DNA from: Syntrophorhabdaceae bacterium
GTDB lineage: Bacteria > Desulfobacterota > Syntrophorhabdia > Syntrophorhabdales > Syntrophorhabdaceae
Length of the DNA stretch: 64,000 bases
Assembly (NCBI GenBank): GCA_963665295.1
Contig: OY762209.1
Location: 4,288,001-4,352,000 of the forward strand
Direction: 5' to 3'
The position numbers and the translations under genes were made by a program. Numbering within the stretch: the first letter of the stretch is position 1; each line of letters starts with the position of its first letter. Shown here piece by piece: positions 37,402 through 47,324 of this stretch. Under the pieces are notes generated by a model, which was not told the origin of the DNA, ran no database searches, and worked only from the letters and a program-made list of their open reading frames with translations.

Positions 37402-38357
37402 AGAAAGCTACATATGTTGTTGATATTAAGGCTGAATATTCTGATGTTAACGATTTTTTTGTTGTGGTAAAGAAGGGTGTCTTTTCGAGCAAGAATAACA
37501 GCAGGTATATGAGCGTGGCACTCCGTGACAAGACCGGTGTTATTGAGGGCAAAATATGGGACCGTGTAGACGAACTGAACGGTCTTTTCGATAAGAACGA
37601 TATCGTTCGCATCAAGGGCAAGACCCGCATGTACCAGCAGAAACCTCAGATTACCATAACAGACATACGAAAGGTCGAGGAAGGCCTTCCCCTTGAAGCG
37701 ATGAGGGATTTTTATCCGGAAAACGAAGGCGGGGCGGAGCATATCAGAAAACAGTACGGCCTGCTGGTAGAGGGTGTTAAGGACCCCCACATACGGAAGC
37801 TCTTTGCTGCCCTGGAGACAAGAAAAGACATGATCGAGAGGTTCTTCCTCTTCCCCGCATCGGTAGGGGTCCACCACATGTACATGGGCGGTCTCCTGGA
37901 ACACTCCGTATCCATGGCAAGAATGGGCGCTCACACCGCCACCGTGCTCGGGGGGAACCGGGACATTATAGTCGCGGGTTGTCTCCTCCATGATATCGGA
38001 AAGATCGACGAGATGGAACTGCAGGGGGGGTTCAAATACTCGGATAAAGGCAGGCTTTTAGGCCACATCGCCCTGGGCGTAATAATGCTCGAGGCCCTGG
38101 TCGGGGGAATTGACGGGTTTCCCAAGGAAACCGCGGATATTCTCTCTCATATCATCATCAGTCACCACGGCATCGAAGAGTGGGGTTCACCCAAGAAACC
38201 GATGTGTGTGGAAGCTCTCATAGTCCATTATCTCGATGACCTCGATGCCAAGGTCATGGGGGTGAAGGAACATTTCAAAGGAACCCTGGAAGGCGAGCGG
38301 TGGTCCGAGTACCACAGGCTTTATGAGTCCTACTTTTACAGGCTGCCGGAAAGGTAA
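37398..38357 (+). CDS. OB-fold + HD domain 3'-5' exoribonuclease (YhaM family)
   Basis: LRDKTG.IEGKIW OB fold; PAS..VHH.YMGGLLEH; LLHDIGK; SHHG..EWGSP; DDLDAK. Confidence 0.88.
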   Translation: MKKATYVVDIKAEYSDVNDFFVVVKKGVFSSKNNSRYMSVALRDKTGVIEGKIWDRVDELNGLFDKNDIVRIKGKTRMYQQKPQITITDIRKVEEGLPLEAMRDFYPENEGGAEHIRKQYGLLVEGVKDPHIRKLFAALETRKDMIERFFLFPASVGVHHMYMGGLLEHSVSMARMGAHTATVLGGNRDIIVAGCLLHDIGKIDEMELQGGFKYSDKGRLLGHIALGVIMLEALVGGIDGFPKETADILSHIIISHHGIEEWGSPKKPMCVEALIVHYLDDLDAKVMGVKEHFKGTLEGERWSEYHRLYESYFYRLPER

Positions 38358-38359
38358 GC

Positions 38360-39097
38360 ATGGAGATCAGAAGGGTATTCGTCGATAAGCTGAAGATAAA
38401 GAACGGCATGGCCCTTCTCGCGGGCCCCATGTACAAATACATTATAAGCGTGCTTAGAAAGGCCGTGGGGGACCGGATAGACCTCATCGACGGGAAGGGA
38501 TATCTCTATCGCTGTATCATTAACAGCATCAAAAGCAAGGAGTTGTATCTCCAGGTCCTCGATGCGGAGCAACACCCTGAAGAAAAAAGACCCAAAGTTA
38601 CCCTGTGCGTGAGCCCTATCAAGGGCCCCCGCATGGATTGGCTTGTTGAAAAGGCTACCGAGTTACGGGTAGACAAAATAGTCCCCACTCTTTTCAAGCG
38701 AACAGTCGTAAGGTTTGAAGAAAAAGAGAAAGAGAAATGTGAAAGGTGGAAAAGAATTACCATAGAGGCATCGCGCCAGTCGGGGCGGTTCACCATACCG
38801 GAGGTCGCGGAGCCAACCCCGTTAAGGGGTATCCTTCCCTACGTCACTGAAGTTGCGAATCGATGGGCCTTCTACGAAAAGGAGAAACAGACCACCATGA
38901 AGGACCTCATCACTGTCCAGACCGACGGGGAGATCTGCGTCGTGATAGGCCCCGAAGGCGGTATCGAGGAGTCGGAAATTGACTGGTTGAAGGAAAACGG
39001 CTTTGCGTCGTGCACACTGGGAGAAAGCATCTTCCGGTCCGAGACCACACCCCTCGTGGTACTCTCCATTATTCTCCACGAATACAGCAAGAGATGA
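38360..39097 (+). CDS. rsmE: 16S rRNA m3U1498 methyltransferase
   Basis: SVLR..GD; EKATEL; EASRQSGR; IGPEGG; LGESIFRSET. Confidence 0.93.
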   Translation: MEIRRVFVDKLKIKNGMALLAGPMYKYIISVLRKAVGDRIDLIDGKGYLYRCIINSIKSKELYLQVLDAEQHPEEKRPKVTLCVSPIKGPRMDWLVEKATELRVDKIVPTLFKRTVVRFEEKEKEKCERWKRITIEASRQSGRFTIPEVAEPTPLRGILPYVTEVANRWAFYEKEKQTTMKDLITVQTDGEICVVIGPEGGIEESEIDWLKENGFASCTLGESIFRSETTPLVVLSIILHEYSKR

Positions 39098-39546
39098 ACA
39101 GGGCCCCCTTCTTTTTGAGATTTATCGCCCTGGCCATCGATATGATGATAGTGGCTTTCTTTTCGGGGATGGTGTTCATAGCCGCTCTCTCGGGTTACCA
39201 TATGGGCGCGGGACAGTTGACTTTCCCCGGTCTTTCTTGTATCCTCTTCATTTCTTCCATAGTCTCTTTCTTTATTTTTCTCTTTTATTTTACCTATCTC
39301 ACCATGGAAGAAGGCGCGACAATAGGGAAAAGTATTGCAGGGATAAGGGTGATAATACGAAACAGGATAGGTGTGGGCATGAGACCGGGGTTCGTAAGAA
39401 GCCTTGTTCGCGCCGTGGCATACATCCTTTCAGTGTCCGCCTGTTTTCTGGGCTTTCTTATGGCCCTCGTTTTCAGGGGATGGACTCTCCACGACATAAT
39501 TGCAGGTACACAGGTGGTGAGGGCGGACGCAGAGGAGGAACCATGA
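39094..39546 (+). CDS. RDD family membrane protein
   Basis: RFIALAID; GATIGK..AGIRV; LHDIIAGTQVV. Confidence 0.88.
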   Translation: MNRAPFFLRFIALAIDMMIVAFFSGMVFIAALSGYHMGAGQLTFPGLSCILFISSIVSFFIFLFYFTYLTMEEGATIGKSIAGIRVIIRNRIGVGMRPGFVRSLVRAVAYILSVSACFLGFLMALVFRGWTLHDIIAGTQVVRADAEEEP

Positions 39547-40181
39547 ACAGGAATGGGAAGGCGGGATGGGGATGCCTCATATTCTTACTCATATGTGTTC
39601 TTGTGGCAGTGGGGCTTTCGGTCCACCCCATCAGTCTGAGATTTATAGGGAACCAGTTCCGGCACGAGGACAGGGTCTCTCCGTCTGACGCCCTGTACAT
39701 TCCCCGCTTTGAGGAAGACAGAAACGGCGAGCTTTACGTAGACGCGTTCAGAGAGTATTGGGCGGGAAGTGGCCGGGTCATTTACATGGAAGACGACAAA
39801 CTTTTCGGCGTAAGCATCCTTGAGTCGGTCCACCGCATGGCGCGGACCAGAGGCATCAAGGAAGCTGTGGTTAAGAAGATGGATATAGAAGGAGAAGGCA
39901 GCCTGGGAGTCCAAAAGGCGAAAAGACGTTTTGCCGCGATGGGTTATAAGAGCGTGGTCGTACTCGTACCCGAGTACGCATCCAGAAGGTTCCATATCCT
40001 GTTCGGCAAAACCACGGGTGATGGAAAGACGGTTTTCCTCATCAAGCCCGTGACCGTCTCCTACTACAAAAGAGACAGATGGTGGAAGGATGCACAATCA
40101 AGGATCATCCTGCTCGGGGAGATGTTCCGTTTGGGATCCGTGTGCGTTGACCAATTTAAATATGGAGAGACCAAGGGGTGA
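39543..40181 (+). CDS. Membrane-anchored hypothetical protein (YdcF/DUF218-like)
   Basis: N-terminal TM; SVVVLVPEYASRR; WWK...E motif. Confidence 0.6.
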   Translation: MNRNGKAGWGCLIFLLICVLVAVGLSVHPISLRFIGNQFRHEDRVSPSDALYIPRFEEDRNGELYVDAFREYWAGSGRVIYMEDDKLFGVSILESVHRMARTRGIKEAVVKKMDIEGEGSLGVQKAKRRFAAMGYKSVVVLVPEYASRRFHILFGKTTGDGKTVFLIKPVTVSYYKRDRWWKDAQSRIILLGEMFRLGSVCVDQFKYGETKG

Positions 40182-40284
40182 GCCCTCCGGCCGGGTAGAA
40201 GAGTTACGTCTCCGGCCTCACGCTCGTCTCTTGCCGGGCATTCCGGGCCTCGCCGCTAAAATTAGGAACACTGGTACTTGTTGA

Positions 40285-41337
40285 ATGGAAGAACTTGCCG
40301 CATCCATAGCCTTCTCGAGGCTGAAAAGTCTCAGCAGAATAAAGAAAAGACAGATACTTGACGGTCTTCCCTCGATCGCCCCTCTGTTTGAAGGCCGGGT
40401 ACGTCTTCAGGACGATGCGGTGAAGCAGGAGATATCGGCCTTCAGGAGATGGGACGATATCGATGCGGAACTGACTGCCCTCGCGAATATGGGGGCAGAA
40501 GTGATAACAATAAAGGATAGCACCTATCCGGTCGGTCTCAGGGCCATTCCGGACCCGCCTCTTGTCCTCTACAGGAAGGGGTCCTTCCCTATGGAAGGCG
40601 ATACCATCGCAATAGTCGGGTCAAGGCGGGCAACGGACGAAGGCATGAACCTTTCGGAAAAGATTGCGGATACTCTTTCGGCCCTTGGGGTAACCGTGGT
40701 GAGCGGTCTTGCGAGGGGCATAGACGCCTATGCCCACAAAGGGGCTTTGAGAGGCAAAGGAAAGACCATCGCAGTCCTGGGGTGTGGTTTGAACATATGC
40801 TATCCCTGGGAAAACAGGCGACTCTTCGACCGCATAGGGGAGGAAGGGGCGATAGTGAGCGAATATGGTCTTGGAGAAAAACCGCTTCCCCACCATTTTC
40901 CCGAAAGAAACAGGATCATTGCAGGTCTTTCAAAAGGCGTCCTCGTCATAGAAGCGTCGGAAAAGAGCGGATCCCTCATAACCGCAAGGCTTGGCAATGA
41001 GTACGGAAAAGCCGTAATGGCCATCCCCGGAAGCATATTCAACGAGGGATACAAAGGGACCAACGCCCTTATCAAACAGGGTGCAAGGCTCGTTGACAAC
41101 ATCGAGGATATCATCGCCGAGTGTTTTCCCGGCCTTAAGATAATAAAAGAACAGGCGATTGATATGGACAGCAGAGAAGGTTATATTTATTCAATTATCG
41201 GTCCGCATAGAATTCACGTGGATGATGTGATAGAAAAGAGTAATATGCCGGCAAAGGAAGTGATGGCGGTTCTCACCATGCTTGAGATGAAAGAAGCAAT
41301 ACGTGAAGTGGCCGGAGGATTCTATATCAGAAAATGA
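40285..41337 (+). CDS. dprA: DNA-processing protein DprA
   Basis: YP..L..IPDPP.VLY.KG; AIVGSR; VSGLARGID; FPERNRII; SGSLITA. Confidence 0.96.
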   Translation: MEELAASIAFSRLKSLSRIKKRQILDGLPSIAPLFEGRVRLQDDAVKQEISAFRRWDDIDAELTALANMGAEVITIKDSTYPVGLRAIPDPPLVLYRKGSFPMEGDTIAIVGSRRATDEGMNLSEKIADTLSALGVTVVSGLARGIDAYAHKGALRGKGKTIAVLGCGLNICYPWENRRLFDRIGEEGAIVSEYGLGEKPLPHHFPERNRIIAGLSKGVLVIEASEKSGSLITARLGNEYGKAVMAIPGSIFNEGYKGTNALIKQGARLVDNIEDIIAECFPGLKIIKEQAIDMDSREGYIYSIIGPHRIHVDDVIEKSNMPAKEVMAVLTMLEMKEAIREVAGGFYIRK

Positions 41338-41379
41338 TGAGGCCGAAAAGTAAGGGAGTTACGCGGAGGCAGAGAACGA

Positions 41380-43611
41380 ATGGGTAAGTCACTATTGATT
41401 GTTGAGTCGCCGACCAAGATGAAGACACTTTCAAAGTTTCTCGGCAAGGATTTCACCATAAAGGCAACCTACGGCCATATCAAGGACCTGCCGAAGAGTA
41501 AGATAGGTGTGGACATTGAAAAAGGGTTTAACCCTCACTTTGTCCTGGTAAAAGGAAAGGCCAAGGCCGTCGACGAGATAAAGAAGTTCAGCGCCGAAGC
41601 GGACAACATATACATAGGTTCCGACCCCGACCGGGAGGGCGAAGCGATTGCATTCCATGTCGCGGAGGTAGTAGGCAAGAAGAAGAACGTAAAAAGAGTG
41701 CTCTTTCACGAGATCACAAAGAAAGGCGTACTGGACGCCCTCGCGAATCCCACCGATCTCGACGTTTCAAAATACGACGCGCAGAAGACACGCAGGATAC
41801 TCGACCGTCTCGTGGGCTACAAAATAAGTCCCTTATTGTGGGAGAAGGTTAGTTACGGACTCTCCGCAGGCAGGGTGCAGTCTGTCGCGTTAAGACTCAT
41901 CTGCGACAGAGAGGAAGAAATCGAGGGTTTTGTAAAGGAGGAATACTGGGTAGTAGACGCCGACCTCAAGCTTCCCTCGGGAGAACGCTTCAAAGCTACC
42001 CTCGAAAAAAAGGGAGATGAGAAGATCAAAGTCTCTTCCCGAAAGGAGGCGGATGAGATAAAACGCGCCGTAGAAGGCAGCGAATTTATTATCTCCGCCA
42101 TACAGATAAAGGAGAAGAACGTACTGCCCCAGCCTGCATTCATTACGAGCAGACTGCAGCAGGAGGCTTCACGGAAACTGAGGTTCTCCCCGAAAAGAAC
42201 CATGATGCTGGCCCAGAAACTCTATGAGGGCGTAGAGATGGGAGAAGAAGGTCTCACCGGTCTCATCACCTATATGAGAACGGACTCGGTCCGGGTCTCG
42301 GCCGAGGCAGTAAGCGCCGCGCGACAGTATATAGGCGACTCCTACGGCAAGGAGTATCTCCCCAAGACCCCTCACATCTTCAAAAACAGGAAATCAGCCC
42401 AGGATGCTCATGAGGCGATCAGGCCGGCCTATGTCGAAATCACGCCGGAGAAGGTGAAGCCTTATCTCGATAAGGATTTGTTTGCCCTGTACGACCTCAT
42501 ATGGAAACGGTTCATTGCTTCCCAGATGGCCCATAAGAGGCTGAAAGTGAAGGTAGCGGATGTGGCGGCAGGTGATTACACCTTTGTCGCAAGAGGTTCG
42601 CACGTGCTCTTTGACGGGTTCACGAAGGTTTACGAAGAAGAAGTCGTCCCCACCGGGGAAGAGGCAGACCAGAATAAACCGGAAACCTCATATCTGCCCG
42701 ACATGAAAACCGGCATGAACGTCACTCTCATGGAAACCATCCTGAATCAGCGTTTTACTATGCCTCCGCCAAGGTTCACCGAGGCGTCCCTCATAAAGAC
42801 CCTGGAAACGAGAGGTATCGGCAGGCCCTCCACGTATGCCACTATTGTAAGCACGGTGCAGGATAGGAGCTACGCAAAAAAGGATAAAGGCAAACTCGTA
42901 CCGACGCTCCTCGGCAAGACCGTCAACAGCCTCATGAAGGGTTTCTTCCCCACAATCGTGGATGTTGATTTTACCGCAAAACTTGAAGAAAAACTCGACC
43001 AGATAGAAGGGGGCAAGGCAAACTGGGTAAATTCCCTCGAGAAGTTCTACCACTCCCTTCAGAAAGAGCTTACAGTCGCCCAGGAAGGGATGAAGAGCCT
43101 CAAGAAGGAGGAAAAGGAGACCGATATTCTCTGCGAGAAGTGTGGCAAGAATATGGTACTCAGGTGGGGCAAGAACGGGGAGTACATCGCCTGTAGTGGA
43201 AAGCCGGCCTGCAAGAATAAGAAGAATGTCTCGGTTGACAGCGAAGGGAATATCAAGATCGTTCAGGCCGAGGTTAAAGGGAAGTGTGAGGCCTGCGGGG
43301 GTGACCTCATAGAAAAAACGGGCAGGTTCGGTAGGTTCCTTGCGTGCAGCAATTATCCCACGTGCAAGCATACGGAACCTTATTCCCTCGGTTTCACATG
43401 CCCGAATGAAGGCTGTACAGGGAAACTGGTGGAGAAGGTTTCGAAGATGAAAAAGAAGTTCACCGCGTGCTCGCGATATCCCGACTGCTCCTTCGCCACC
43501 AACGCGGAGCCCACCGAAGGCCCGTGTCCGTCATGCGGGGCACCGACCCTCTTCCTGTACAGGAAACTCCTCTCCTGTCTTCGCAAGGAATGCGGATGGA
43601 AATCCAAGTAG
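41380..43611 (+). CDS. topA: DNA topoisomerase I
   Basis: IVESPTK; DPDREGE; SAGRVQS; LITYMRTDS; GIGRPSTY; C-terminal zinc ribbons. Confidence 0.98.
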   Translation: MGKSLLIVESPTKMKTLSKFLGKDFTIKATYGHIKDLPKSKIGVDIEKGFNPHFVLVKGKAKAVDEIKKFSAEADNIYIGSDPDREGEAIAFHVAEVVGKKKNVKRVLFHEITKKGVLDALANPTDLDVSKYDAQKTRRILDRLVGYKISPLLWEKVSYGLSAGRVQSVALRLICDREEEIEGFVKEEYWVVDADLKLPSGERFKATLEKKGDEKIKVSSRKEADEIKRAVEGSEFIISAIQIKEKNVLPQPAFITSRLQQEASRKLRFSPKRTMMLAQKLYEGVEMGEEGLTGLITYMRTDSVRVSAEAVSAARQYIGDSYGKEYLPKTPHIFKNRKSAQDAHEAIRPAYVEITPEKVKPYLDKDLFALYDLIWKRFIASQMAHKRLKVKVADVAAGDYTFVARGSHVLFDGFTKVYEEEVVPTGEEADQNKPETSYLPDMKTGMNVTLMETILNQRFTMPPPRFTEASLIKTLETRGIGRPSTYATIVSTVQDRSYAKKDKGKLVPTLLGKTVNSLMKGFFPTIVDVDFTAKLEEKLDQIEGGKANWVNSLEKFYHSLQKELTVAQEGMKSLKKEEKETDILCEKCGKNMVLRWGKNGEYIACSGKPACKNKKNVSVDSEGNIKIVQAEVKGKCEACGGDLIEKTGRFGRFLACSNYPTCKHTEPYSLGFTCPNEGCTGKLVEKVSKMKKKFTACSRYPDCSFATNAEPTEGPCPSCGAPTLFLYRKLLSCLRKECGWKSK

Positions 43612-44921
43612 TCGGCGGGGGCCTCGCCGGTACGGAGGCCGCCTATCAGATAGCCCGGAGGGGTCAGAAAGTCCGTCTTTATGAAATGCGTCCGGAGACT
43701 TTTACGCCGGCCCATAAAACATCTTTTCTCTCTGAACTCGTGTGCAGCAACTCCTTGAAGTCCCAGGACCTTTCCAATGCTCACGGGCTTCTCAAAGAGG
43801 AACTCCGCAGGCTGGACTCCATTGTATTGAGGTGCGCCGGCATGAGTTCGATACCGGGCGGCAAAGCGCTCGTGGTGGACAGGAACGTCTTTGCCGGGAA
43901 AATCACGGAAGAGATCGAGGCCCACCCTCTTATTGAGGTAATTCGACACGAGATCACGGACATACCCGACGGCATTACGATAATCGCCACGGGCCCCCTC
44001 ACCAGTGACACGCTGGCGGCACGAATAAGCGAGATTACCGGTACGGACCGCCTCTCCTTCTTCGACGCCATTTCTCCCATCATAGACGGCGAGTCGATCG
44101 ACATGAACACTGCCTTCTTTGGATCACGGTATGCGGGCGGGACTGACGACTATCTGAACTGCCCATTCACGGAGGACCAGTATAACGCCTTCTACGATGC
44201 CCTTATCAGCGCCGAGCGGGTTGCCCTCCACGACTTTGAGAAGACGTCGTATTTCGAGGGCTGCCTTCCCATAGAGGTTATGGCGGAAAGAGGCAGAAAG
44301 ACCCTTGCCTACGGACCCATGAAACCTGTGGGTCTGCTCCACCCCTCGACCGGAAAGAGATCTCACGCCATCCTGCAACTGAGGAGAGAGGATGCCACGG
44401 GCACCATGTACAATATGGTGGGCTTTCAGACGAAATTAACCTACCCTGAACAGGAACGGGTCTTCAGAATGATCCCCGGGCTGGAGCACGCAGTCTTTCT
44501 CAGGCATGGGAGTATCCACCGTAATACCTACATAGACTCTCCTTCAATTCTCACCCCGAAGCTCAACCTGGAAGGAAAGGAGAATATCTTCTTCGCAGGA
44601 CAGATAACCGGTGTGGAAGGATATATTGAATCGACCGCCATGGGCCTTCTCGCGGGCATATCCTCATACATGCACCTCAAGGGACTACCTTACGAGCCCC
44701 CCTCCGAGGATACCTGCGTGGGAGCGCTGTTGCACTACATAACGACAAAAAGAAAGGGTTTCCAACCCATGAATGTCAACTTCGGCCTTTTGCCGAACTA
44801 CAACAAGAAAGAGAAGGAGCTGGTCATAGAACGTGCCCTCGACTCGATCTCTCTCTGGAAAGAAACACACGGGGCGGGTCATCGTCCCGGCGACGGAGGT
44901 AGCGATGAGCTCAAAGATTGA
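43596..44921 (+). CDS. trmFO: Folate/FAD-dependent tRNA m5U54 methyltransferase
   Basis: VVGGGLAGTEAA; ELVCSNSL; YFEGCLPIE; GPMKPVGL; HRNTY; AGQITGVEGY. Confidence 0.96.
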   Translation: MEIQVVGGGLAGTEAAYQIARRGQKVRLYEMRPETFTPAHKTSFLSELVCSNSLKSQDLSNAHGLLKEELRRLDSIVLRCAGMSSIPGGKALVVDRNVFAGKITEEIEAHPLIEVIRHEITDIPDGITIIATGPLTSDTLAARISEITGTDRLSFFDAISPIIDGESIDMNTAFFGSRYAGGTDDYLNCPFTEDQYNAFYDALISAERVALHDFEKTSYFEGCLPIEVMAERGRKTLAYGPMKPVGLLHPSTGKRSHAILQLRREDATGTMYNMVGFQTKLTYPEQERVFRMIPGLEHAVFLRHGSIHRNTYIDSPSILTPKLNLEGKENIFFAGQITGVEGYIESTAMGLLAGISSYMHLKGLPYEPPSEDTCVGALLHYITTKRKGFQPMNVNFGLLPNYNKKEKELVIERALDSISLWKETHGAGHRPGDGGSDELKD

Positions 44922-45882
44922 AGCATTGAAAGAAAAGGCCCTCAAGGGACTGATCGGTACGGAGGAGGCCATGACCCTCTACGACGAGGGCGCAAGGCAC
45001 CCATACCTTCTTATGGCCTACGCGTCAGAGATCAGGGAACACTTTAAAGGGAAGGCAATAAGCCTCTGCAGCATAATAAACGCGAAGTCCGGCATCTGTC
45101 CCGAAAACTGCCGGTTCTGCGCCCAGTCCGCCCACTACGCAACCGATGCGCCGGTATACCCCCTTGTGAGTGCTGATGAAATACTCGATAAGGCACGGTC
45201 CGCAAAAGACTCCGGCGCCCATTTTTTCGGGATTGTCACGAGCGGCACCTCGGTTGAGCGGGAAGAAGAATGGAATGTGATCTACAAGGCCATCGCCGGT
45301 ATGAACGGGTTTGGCATCAAACCATGTGGCTCCCTGGGTATGCTTGACGGCCGGCAGGCTCGGCGGCTCAAGGAAGCGGGACTCGCGCGGTACCATCACA
45401 ATCTGGAGACTTCGAGAAGCTTTTTTCCTAACATTTGCAGCACTCATGAATACGACGAAGACACGGGCACCGTGAAGGCGGCGAAAGAAGCGGGACTCTC
45501 GGTATGCTCGGGCGGCATCATAGGCCTCGGAGAGACCATGGAACAGAGAATAGAGATGGCCATAACCCTTAAGGAGCTTGACGTCGATTCCGTACCCATC
45601 AACATCCTGAACCCCATATCAGGGACTCCTCTCATGGATACGCCCGCGCTGACCCCATTGGAGATACTCATTACCGTTGCCCTCTACAGGTTCATCCTCT
45701 CCGACAAGGACATCAAACTTTGCGGCGGGAAGGAGAGAAACCTGAGACAGCTTCTGCCTCTCGGAATTATTGCCGGCTGCAACTCCTTCATGACAGGAAA
45801 TTACCTGACTACGGAGGGCAGGGATACGACTCACGACCTTGAGATGATCCGGGACCTGGGATTCACCGCCTCTTCCACATGA
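44905..45882 (+). CDS. bioB: Biotin synthase (radical SAM)
   Basis: INAKSGICPENCRFCAQS; YHHNLETS; CSGGIIGLGE; SVPINIL; GNYLTT.G. Confidence 0.95.
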   Translation: MSSKIEALKEKALKGLIGTEEAMTLYDEGARHPYLLMAYASEIREHFKGKAISLCSIINAKSGICPENCRFCAQSAHYATDAPVYPLVSADEILDKARSAKDSGAHFFGIVTSGTSVEREEEWNVIYKAIAGMNGFGIKPCGSLGMLDGRQARRLKEAGLARYHHNLETSRSFFPNICSTHEYDEDTGTVKAAKEAGLSVCSGGIIGLGETMEQRIEMAITLKELDVDSVPINILNPISGTPLMDTPALTPLEILITVALYRFILSDKDIKLCGGKERNLRQLLPLGIIAGCNSFMTGNYLTTEGRDTTHDLEMIRDLGFTASST

Positions 45883-45891
45883 TATTGCCTG

Positions 45892-45920
45892 CCGGGGTTG
45901 GGCTGTCGGCACAACCCCGG
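45892..45920. terminator. Hairpin between convergent bioB and pilC
   Basis: CCGGGGTTG ... CAACCCCGG. Confidence 0.5.
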
Positions 45921-45936
45921 GGAACCACCGGCACCT

Positions 45937-47142
45937 TTATCCCACGACCGAACCGAGCTTGAAAATGGGGAGGTACATGGCTATTATGAGTCCGCCGAGT
46001 ATTACACCCAGGAACATCATGATCATGGGCTCCATGAGGGCCGTAAGGTTCGTCACCATGGTATCCACGTCATCCTCATAAAAATCAGCTACTTTATTGA
46101 GCATATTGTCGAGCGCCCCTGTGGACTCTCCCACCTGAACCATCTGTACGACCATGGGAGGGAATATCCCACTCTGCTCAAGAGGTTCGGACATGCTCTT
46201 CCCTTCACTGATACGCAGGCGGGCTGTTACAAGGGCGTCTTCCACGATCTTATTGCCCGCAACTTTTGCGACTATTACGAGGCTCTCAAGGATTGCGACA
46301 CCGCTTGAAAGGAGTGTGGCAAGCGTCCTGGTCACCCGCGCCACGGAGGACTTTACCGCCAGGACCCCGAAGAGGGGTATCTTGAGGATCAGCCGGTCGA
46401 CCTGCCTTCTCCCTTTTTCCGTACGGTAATATCTCTTGAAGAGAAAGACGGCGATAATCAGGGCTCCGATCATGTAGTGGATGCTGGATTTCACCATCCT
46501 GCTCATATTTACTACCAGTTGTGTGGGCGCGGGAAGGGATGCGCCCATCTCCTTGAACATGTTTTCAAAGACGGGTATCACGAAGATGAGAAGGACCATC
46601 ACTACCCCGATCGCGACGACGATAATGCTTATAGGATAGATCATGGCGGACTTGACCTTCTTTTTCAACTTCTCGATCTTCTCCATATAGGTGGCCAGAC
46701 GTATGAGGACAGTGTCAAGGGTGCCGCCCTCCTCGCCTGCTACCACGAGGTTGATATAGAGGGAATCAAAACACTGAGGGTAATCCTTAAGCGCATCAGC
46801 GAACCTGAACCCTCCTTCAATCTTCTCCTTTATTTCCCGCACGATCAGTTTGAGGTTCTTGTCTTCCGTCTGGTTCGCCAGGATATCGAGAGATTGGACA
46901 AGAGGAAGACCCGAGGTGATCATGGTAGCGAGTTGGCGCGTGAAAACGACCACGCTCAGGGTCTTTACCTTCTTTTTGCGCAGAGACCCTGCCTTTGCCG
47001 CCCCTTTCTGTTCATTGCATTTGACGAGTATTATCCCGTCTTTCCTCAGGTCGGCCCTGAGAGTGGATGAAGAGTCGGTACGTGTAGTCCCGGTCCTGAT
47101 CTCGCCCCTCAGAGTCTTGCCTTCCCACTCAAATAATGCCAT
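45937..47142 (-). CDS. pilC: Type IV pilus / T2SS inner-membrane platform protein (PilC/GspF)
   Basis: FTRQLATMITSGLPL; AGEEGGTL; KSAMIYP; VGESTGAL; AMYLPIF. Confidence 0.93.
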   Translation of the reverse strand: MALFEWEGKTLRGEIRTGTTRTDSSSTLRADLRKDGIILVKCNEQKGAAKAGSLRKKKVKTLSVVVFTRQLATMITSGLPLVQSLDILANQTEDKNLKLIVREIKEKIEGGFRFADALKDYPQCFDSLYINLVVAGEEGGTLDTVLIRLATYMEKIEKLKKKVKSAMIYPISIIVVAIGVVMVLLIFVIPVFENMFKEMGASLPAPTQLVVNMSRMVKSSIHYMIGALIIAVFLFKRYYRTEKGRRQVDRLILKIPLFGVLAVKSSVARVTRTLATLLSSGVAILESLVIVAKVAGNKIVEDALVTARLRISEGKSMSEPLEQSGIFPPMVVQMVQVGESTGALDNMLNKVADFYEDDVDTMVTNLTALMEPMIMMFLGVILGGLIIAMYLPIFKLGSVVG

Positions 47143-47257
47143 GCGCCGCGCCTGCCTTATCGCCGGGCCGGGTCATACAACCCGTCCCCTCGTTCTACCG
47201 CTATAGTTTCATTCACTGCCTGTTACGTCCGCAATGACATTGGTCACCTTTACACGG

Positions 47258-47301
47258 AAAAAGGGTCGGAGCAGGACCTTCCAGTCCCGGTTCCGACCCT
47301 T
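47258..47301 (-). terminator. Intrinsic terminator after degP
   Basis: AAGGGTCGGA ... TCCGACCCTT stem, with a T-run on the minus strand. Confidence 0.6.
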
Positions 47302-47324
47302 CCGGATCTTTGTCGTAACCGTTC

